The notes under the pieces: model-generated | Told to the model about the DNA's origin: nothing | What the model saw: the letters and a program-made list of their open reading frames with translations, nothing else | Databases searched by the model: none | Made by a program: the position numbers and the translations under genes | Part shown: in pieces, positions 57,576 to 64,000 of the stretch | Numbering within the stretch: position 1 is the first letter of the stretch | How the letters are laid out: each line of letters begins with the position of its first letter | From: Octopus vulgaris | Lineage: Eukaryota | DNA: 64,000 bases | NCBI GenBank assembly: GCA_951406725.2 | Contig: OX597836.1 | Span: 10,540,001 to 10,604,000, forward strand | Direction of reading: 5' to 3'

Positions 57576-58520
57576 GCCTTTAATACACACTTAAATCAAA
57601 CATAATAATATCAAACTTAAAAAATTTGAGAAATCATTAGCTTGCTGGGACCATGGGGCGAACTGACAATCCCTTTTAGAAATTATTTGTTAGTTTCTTT
57701 TGATATATAACATCACTGTTGTGTTATACTTGTAAAAGAAAAGAAAATATATAATGATTTATTTGCGAGTGAATTCTTTTCAGCCTTGAAAACGGTGAGC
57801 TTGGCTCAAGTATGGGCTAGTTTGCCGTAACTGTCACTTAGGGCGTGGAAAACTCATAGTTGTTACGAGTGTTTGTTATGTATACACATGAGTGAGGAAT
57901 ATATTTGAGTTTATGGAAGTCGTCTCAAGTATAGGAGAGAGAGGGAGAGGAAGGGAGACCGAAAGACAGAGAGAGAGAGACCGAAAGAGAGTGATCGAAA
58001 GAGAGAGAGAGAGAGAGAAGTCTTTTGTTTTGTTAGAAGGATTGATCTGTTAGTAAATACATTGACACTTCGTTTATTTATTCATTGAACGTTTTCTTTC
58101 CTCTTCTTTTTTTTTTTTTTGTTATATTTAGGTTTATTGCAGCAAGAATGAAGGACTTCTTTCTTCTGCTATGCCATGTGAGTTAACAAAAAAACGAACG
58201 AAAGAAAGAAAAAAAAGGAAGACGAAGGAAAGAAGTTGTTACATGATAGAAAACAAAAATAAAAAAAAAAATTCTATCATAACAACAACAATAATAAAAA
58301 AAAGGTGAAATCAAAAACAAACTGGAGTAAAACGCGCAGCTGCTTATAAATAAAAAAACAGTTAATGATGAGCGTTAAGTCAGTATTCTTAACGTCGTAA
58401 AAAACGCCATTACACAAGTTTGAACAGGCAATTTTTTTTTTTTTTATATTAATAAAAAAAAAAAATTCAAAAACAAACAACAACTTCGCTGTGGCTGCAC
58501 ATCTAAATCTGTTAGCTGCA

Positions 58521-58824
58521 ATGGTTGCTGCTGCAAACTCCGAGAACCAGATGCCCCAAATGGCAAACAACATCCACCCCGAAGCTGCTAACTGTACAGA
58601 GAACAACGTTTCTACAACAGCGAACCAGGTGAATTCGGAAGATGGCGATAACAACGGCAATAGAAATGCAAATTTTTGGTCTTACATGGCATTGGGATGG
58701 GACTGCGTAAGAACTATAATTGGACTTCTTTACCTATTTCTGGAGACAGCCTTGAAACAGCTCTTGCCAGTGAAATACCAGTCTAAGAATATCAAAGGTT
58801 ACAATGTATTAATCACCGGAGCTG
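58521..58824 (+). CDS. Short-chain dehydrogenase/reductase, SDR16C type (epidermal retinol dehydrogenase 2 / RDH10 / HSD17B11-like), first coding exon
   Basis: ATG 58521 opens MVAAANSEN...FWSYMALGWDCVRTIIGLLYLFLETALKQLLPVKYQSKNIKGYNVLITGA-G: a hydrophobic anchor followed by the Rossmann start VLITGAG. Donor G|GTATGT at 58824/58825 (phase 1). The start Met is uncertain (in-frame ATGs at 58521, 58551, 58560, 58686). Confidence 0.9.
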
Positions 58825-58899
58825 GTATGTACCGTTTCGTTTTTGATTGTTATTCATTATTATTATTATTATTATTATTATTGTTTCTTTTTCTCTTAA

Positions 58900-59500
58900 G
58901 TCGACGAGCTGGCAGAATCGTTAGCACGCCGGGAGAAATGCTTAACAGTATTTTGTCTGACGTTCTGAGTTTAAATTCCGCCGAGGTCGATTTTGCCTTT
59001 CATCCTTTCGGGTTCGATAAATTAAGTAGCAGTTACGCACTGGGGTCGATGTAATCGACTTAATACCTTTGTCTGTCCTTGCTTGTCCCCTCTATATTTA
59101 GCCCCTTGTGGGTAGTAAAGAAATAGGTATTTCGTCTGTCGCTACGTTCTGAGTTAAAATTCAGCCGAGGTCGACTTTGCCCTTCATCCTTTCGGGGTCG
59201 ATAAATTAAGTACCAGTTACGCACTGAGGTCAATATAATCGACTTAATCCCTTTGTATGTCCTTGTTTGTCCCTCTATGTTTAGCCCCTTGTGGGCAATA
59301 AAGAAATAAGAAACGTTAGCATGCTGGGCGAAATACCTAGCGGTATTTCGTCTGCCGTTACGTTCTGAGTTCAAATTCCGCCGGGGTCGACTTTACCTTT
59401 CCGGGTCGATAAATTAAGTACCACTTGAGCACTGGGGTCAATGTAATCGACTATTCCCCTCCCCCAAATTTCAGGCCTTGTACCTATAACTGAAAGGATC
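58900..59500 (+). mobile_element. SINE family B array in SDR intron
   Basis: Head plus tandem units. Confidence 0.85.
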
Positions 59501-59900
59501 ATTACTTTGTTTTTCTCGTAAGGCAACGAGCTTTAACAAAGCCTGAAATTTTGCGGAAAGGAGTTTAGTCGATGGCATGGGCCCAAATACTTAACTGCTA
59601 CCTAATTTTATCAGACCTCTGAGGAATGAAAGTCAAAGATGATTTCGGTGGGGTTTGAACTCAAAATGTGATGGACTGCAACAATAAATACCGCAAAACA
59701 TTCTCTCTGACGCTTTAACAATTTTGCCAATCTACCAGCGGAACGGGCAGTCGGTACCATTGACCCCAGAATTTTTCGGGTACATTACTTTATCAGTAAA
59801 TTTTGATACTTTTCACTCTCACGATTTTCATTAAGAAAAAAAACAAAAAAGAACTTGGATTTTTTTTGCGGGGAATCAAGTCCCCTGACCTCCTAATGAG

Positions 59901-59968
<68 letters not shown>

Positions 59969-60118
59969 TTTTGAAAAGTTATTCATGCTATTCCTGCCTG
60001 ATGAGGAAGGAAAATGGAACGGATTTGGAGAGGAGGATGCAAAAAAGCAATGAAAAATTTTTTCGAAAATATTCTTTTAGAAGCATAGTTTCCGTTGTGA
60101 GAAGCAGGAATACGAGAA

Positions 60119-60155
<37 letters not shown>

Positions 60156-60294
60156 AATCTTCCAATTCCGTGCCAATTTTCTTTCCCTGAAGAATGGCTA
60201 TTCTGAAATTCCGTCCTATTGCCTCACTGATCATTTTCTTTTTCTCTCCTTATACTAACTTCCAGAATCGCAATTCGGTTTGTATGAAACACTT

Positions 60295-60380
<86 letters not shown>

Positions 60381-60546
60381 TATTCATCCTTAATCATAAG
60401 TCCGACAAAATATATTTTGTTTTGCTTATGACTCCTCGGGAACTCTAAATAAAAAAAATATATACTTGCAGCCAGTTCTTTTTTTTTTAACTTAGAAGAT
60501 GTAATACTCTGCTGTGCCTCATTAATTTCTCCTCTTTCAACATTTT

Positions 60547-60578
60547 GCCCTGAAGAAGGATTATATCCGAAACGTTAG
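60547..60578 (+). ncRNA. Minimal hammerhead remnant just upstream of the SDR exon 2 acceptor
   Basis: CUGAAGA A GGAU-UAU-AUCC GAAA CGUU; stem I degenerate. Confidence 0.45.
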
Positions 60579-60610
60579 ATTCTCCATTATGTAAACCTTT
60601 CTATTTGCAG

Positions 60611-60795
60611 GAAGTGGCATTGGTCGTTGTTTAGCCACGAAATTTTCAGAGCTTGGTTGTACCTTGATTCTGTGGGATATCAACAAAGAGAATAATGAGG
60701 AAACGGCAGCCATGATACGTGCCAACGGCAAAACAGCCATTAGCTACGTATGTGACGTCAGTAGCAAGAACGATATCTACAGAGTCGCTGATAGG
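60611..60795 (+). CDS. SDR16C-type short-chain dehydrogenase, second coding exon (gene continues beyond the window)
   Basis: Acceptor tttctatttgcag|GA at 60610/60611 is phase-compatible with exon 1 and completes TGAGSGIG. Reads GSGIGRCLATKFSELGCTLILWDINKENNEETAAMIRANGKTAISYVCDVSSKNDIYRVADR, then donor |GTAAGT at 60796 (phase 0). The LWDIN and Y-CD-S...IYRVA motifs are typical of SDR16C. Confidence 0.93.
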
Positions 60796-61539
60796 GTAAG
60801 TTGATTTACATTTCTTTTTTGTGGTTTTGCTTGTAATAGTATCAAAGCCCCTTTGATACCAATCCGCCTGAACCCTTATCTGGTCCTATGGTTCAAAATC
60901 CTCGTTTTGCGATGATTTAAATTAACACTTTCCATCAGAACTTCTTGTTAATTGAACTCAGAACGGACGAAATACCGCTGAGCATTTTACCCGGGGTGTT
61001 TAACGATTCTACCCGCTCACCGCCTCGACAATATAAGAAATATTGGTTTCACATTTTCGCCCGTGACCTGCAATTGTGGGGGAGGGATAAGTCGATTATA
61101 TCGACCCCAGTGTTCAACTGGTACCTATTTTATCGATTCCGGAAGGATGAACGGCAAAGTCAACCTCAGTCGCAGCTGAACCCGGAACGTAAAGACGGAC
61201 GAAATCCGCTGAGCTTCTTGGTTGGCGTGCTAACGATTTTACCAGCTTGCCACCTTGACATTGGGAAAAACATTACATCATATATTGGCTTAAATTCAGT
61301 TTGAGACTCTAGTTCAATAACAACAAGGTTATTTTTATATATTTCACCTGCAACCTTGCTTGTTATTCTTCGCTGGGGAAATATTTATAGAATTGATATG
61401 CTTCTGGCTGATCTCAAACTGGCAAATAAAGCGACACCATGAAAAATTTGCATCGCATAGATCTATGCTTGTGGTTTATCAGATGTGACCCTCGGAATAT
61501 CGACAATGTTAAAATGCTGCCGTTCAGTAAGTAAATTCT

Positions 61540-63260
61540 ATTCTAGTTTAGGCACAAGGCCCGACATTTTTGGGTTAGGGGGCCGGTCGATTAGATTGAC
61601 CCCAGTATGCAACTGGTACTTAATTTATCGACCCCGAAAGGATGAACGGCAAAGTCAACCTTGGTGGTATTTGATCTCAGAACGTAAAGACAGACGAAAT
61701 ACCGCTATGCATTTCGCCCGGCGTGCTAACGTTTCTTATTTCTTTACTGCCCACAAGGGGCTAAACATAGAGGGGGAAAACAAGGACAGACAAACGGATT
61801 TAAGTCGATTATATCGACCCCAGTGCGTAACTGGTACTTATTTAATCGACCCCGAAAGGATGAACGGCAAAGTTGACCTCGGCGGAATTTGAACTCAGAA
61901 CGTAGCGGCAGATGAAATACCTATTTCTTTACTACCCAGAAGGGGCTTAACATAGAGAGGACAAACAAGGACAGACAAACGGATTAACTCGATTACATCG
62001 ACCCCACTGTGTAACTGGTACTTATTTAATCGACCCCGAAAGGATGAAAGGCAAAGTCGACCTCGGTGGAATTTGAACTCAGAACGTAAAGACAGACGAA
62101 ATACCTATTTCTTTATTACCCACAAGGGGCTAAACATAGAGGGGACAAACAAGGACAGACATAGGTATTAAGTCGATCGCATCGACCCCAGTGCGGAACT
62201 GGTACTTAATTTATCGACCCCGAAAGGACGAAAGGAAAAGTCGACCTCGGCGGGATTTGAACTCAGAACATAAAGACAGACGAAATACCGCTATGCATTT
62301 CGCCCGGCGTGCCAACGTTTCTGCCAGCTCACCGCCTCTTTCAGTAAGTAAATTAACATCTCAGGGCTGCAGCGCGTATTGCGTTTGTTAATATATTTCA
62401 TCCATTTGAAACGCTCGAATGCTTAGAAATAAATAAATAAATAATAAATAACTTGATGGATGATGTAACAGAAACAATGTAACCCAGAATAGACAACATA
62501 CAATAATAATGATTTCAAATTTTCGCAGCAGGCCAGCATGTTCGAGAGAGTGTTAAGTCGATGACATCGATCCTAGTGCTCGATTGTTCCTTGTATGAAA
62601 GGAAAATCGACCATGGCGGAATTTGAACTCAGAACGTACGAAATGCCGCCAAGTATTTTACCACTCGTGCTAACAATTCTTTTCTACTCTAGGCACAAAG
62701 CCCAATATTTTTAGGGCGGGGCTAGTCGATTAGATCGGTCCCAGTATGCAATTGGTACTCAATTTATCGACCCCGAAAGGATGAAGGGCAAAGTTGATCT
62801 CGGCGGAATTTGAACTCAGAACGTAAAGTCAGACGAAATATCTATATCTTTACTACCCACAAGGGGCTAAACACAGAGGGGACACACAAGGACAGACAAA
62901 CGGATTTAAGTCGATTATATCGACCCCAGTGCGTAACTGGTACTTAATTCATCGACCCCGAAAGGATGAAAGGCAAAGTCGACCTCGGCGGAATTTGAAC
63001 TCAGAGCGTAGCGGCAGACGGAATACCTATTTCTTTATTACCCACAAGGGGCTAAACACAGAGGGGAGAAACTTGGACAGACACAGGTATTAAGTCGATT
63101 ACATCGACTCCAGTGCGTAACTGGTACTTAATTTATCGACCCCGAAAGGATGAAAGGCAAAGTAGACCTCGGCGGAATTTGAACTCAGTACGTAACGACA
63201 GACGAAATACCGCTATGCATTTCGCCCGGCGTGCTAACAATTCCGCCAGCTCGCCGCCTT
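61540..63260 (-). mobile_element. Two SINE family B tandem arrays (61540-62337, 62680-63260) in SDR intron
   Basis: Repeated ~185-bp units; each array ends in the head TGCCAGCTC(A/G)CCGCC. Confidence 0.88.
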
Positions 63261-63680
63261 AAGCTAGCTTCATCATAACAAAATTATTTAAAAGTGAATT
63301 CTTTATATTTTCAAAATTAATTTAAATAAATACTGTTTATTTCAATAGAAATATAATAACAAAAGAGTTAACTACAGTTCTTGTTTTTAGACTTTTTAAT
63401 GTCGTCACGCCAACAATTTGTTTTTTAAACATTTTTTCGGACAATTTAAAGAGTTTTATTGGCGATGAGGTGACAGAATCGGAGCGGAAAAAATTCCTTA
63501 CATTATTTGTTCCAGCTCTTTGCTTTTTTGCCAGCTTAATTTATTTCGGCTTTTTGCGTCCCGGGTTCAAATCCTACTGAGGATAATTTGGTTTTTATCC
63601 TTCTGAAGGTCGGTAAAATAAAGGGCTAGTCAAGTAAGGAGGTGAATTGAATCAAGTACCAATCAGCGCGAAAAGGCTAT

Positions 63681-64000
63681 GGGCCAGCATCGTATAAAAG
63701 TGTAACCGTGTTCTGATAACAATGTGTCATGCTCTCGCTAATAGTTTTTGAAGCCTGTGTAGTCTCGGGCAGATATAGACATCCTTTGGGTTCTCCCATT
63801 CTTGGCCCGGAGGAACATCCGGGTTGTGACAGTTGGAGGGAAACAGGGTTGCACCAGGATTTGGATAATACTAACTTATAACCAAACAGGCTGGGATGAC
63901 GGGAAACGAAGGACAACAGAAACTGCCTGTTTTGGGAATTGAACCAGCGTGGGACTCCGACGACAGATGAAGTGGCACCTCGGCTGGAATACTCCACCAC
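63681..64000 (+). mobile_element. Possible 5' UTR of a LINE (RTE-like)
   Basis: Abrupt switch to GC-richer unique sequence with no SDR-like reading frame; family assignment is by impression only. Confidence 0.25.

Noticed and set aside
63677-64000. 107-aa minus-strand ORF at the window end
   Set aside because: No recognisable motif and not SDR exon 3 (a NNAG motif would be expected on the plus strand); likely antisense of a repeat UTR

Overview
Eukaryotic, AT-rich, extremely repeat-dense DNA. The SINE families and microsatellite load look like an octopus/cephalopod genome; this is an inference. Nearly all entries in the supplied ORF track are microsatellite or SINE artefacts. The only credible host gene is the 5' part (two coding exons, 58521-58824 and 60611-60795, + strand) of an SDR16C-type short-chain dehydrogenase (epidermal retinol dehydrogenase 2/RDH10/HSD17B11-like), which continues beyond the window. 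The rest comprises three tRNA-derived SINE families, mariner, hAT and Penelope-like (GIY-YIG) coding relics, a hAT MITE, a non-autonomous Helitron, a (TAA)n-targeted non-LTR element and a ~39-bp minisatellite. The most interesting signal is RNA-level: short, mostly (TA)n-adjacent relic elements carry about a dozen hammerhead-ribozyme (HHR) motifs. Three are canonical type-I HHRs with self-complementary stem III. One sister copy has an inversion breakpoint exactly at the predicted cleavage site. At least three unrelated element families carry all hammerhead core strands in a reversed, non-circularly permuted order (NUH strand, then GAAA strand, then CUGANGA strand), with compensatory changes between copies. 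All folds were read by eye and none has been computed or tested.
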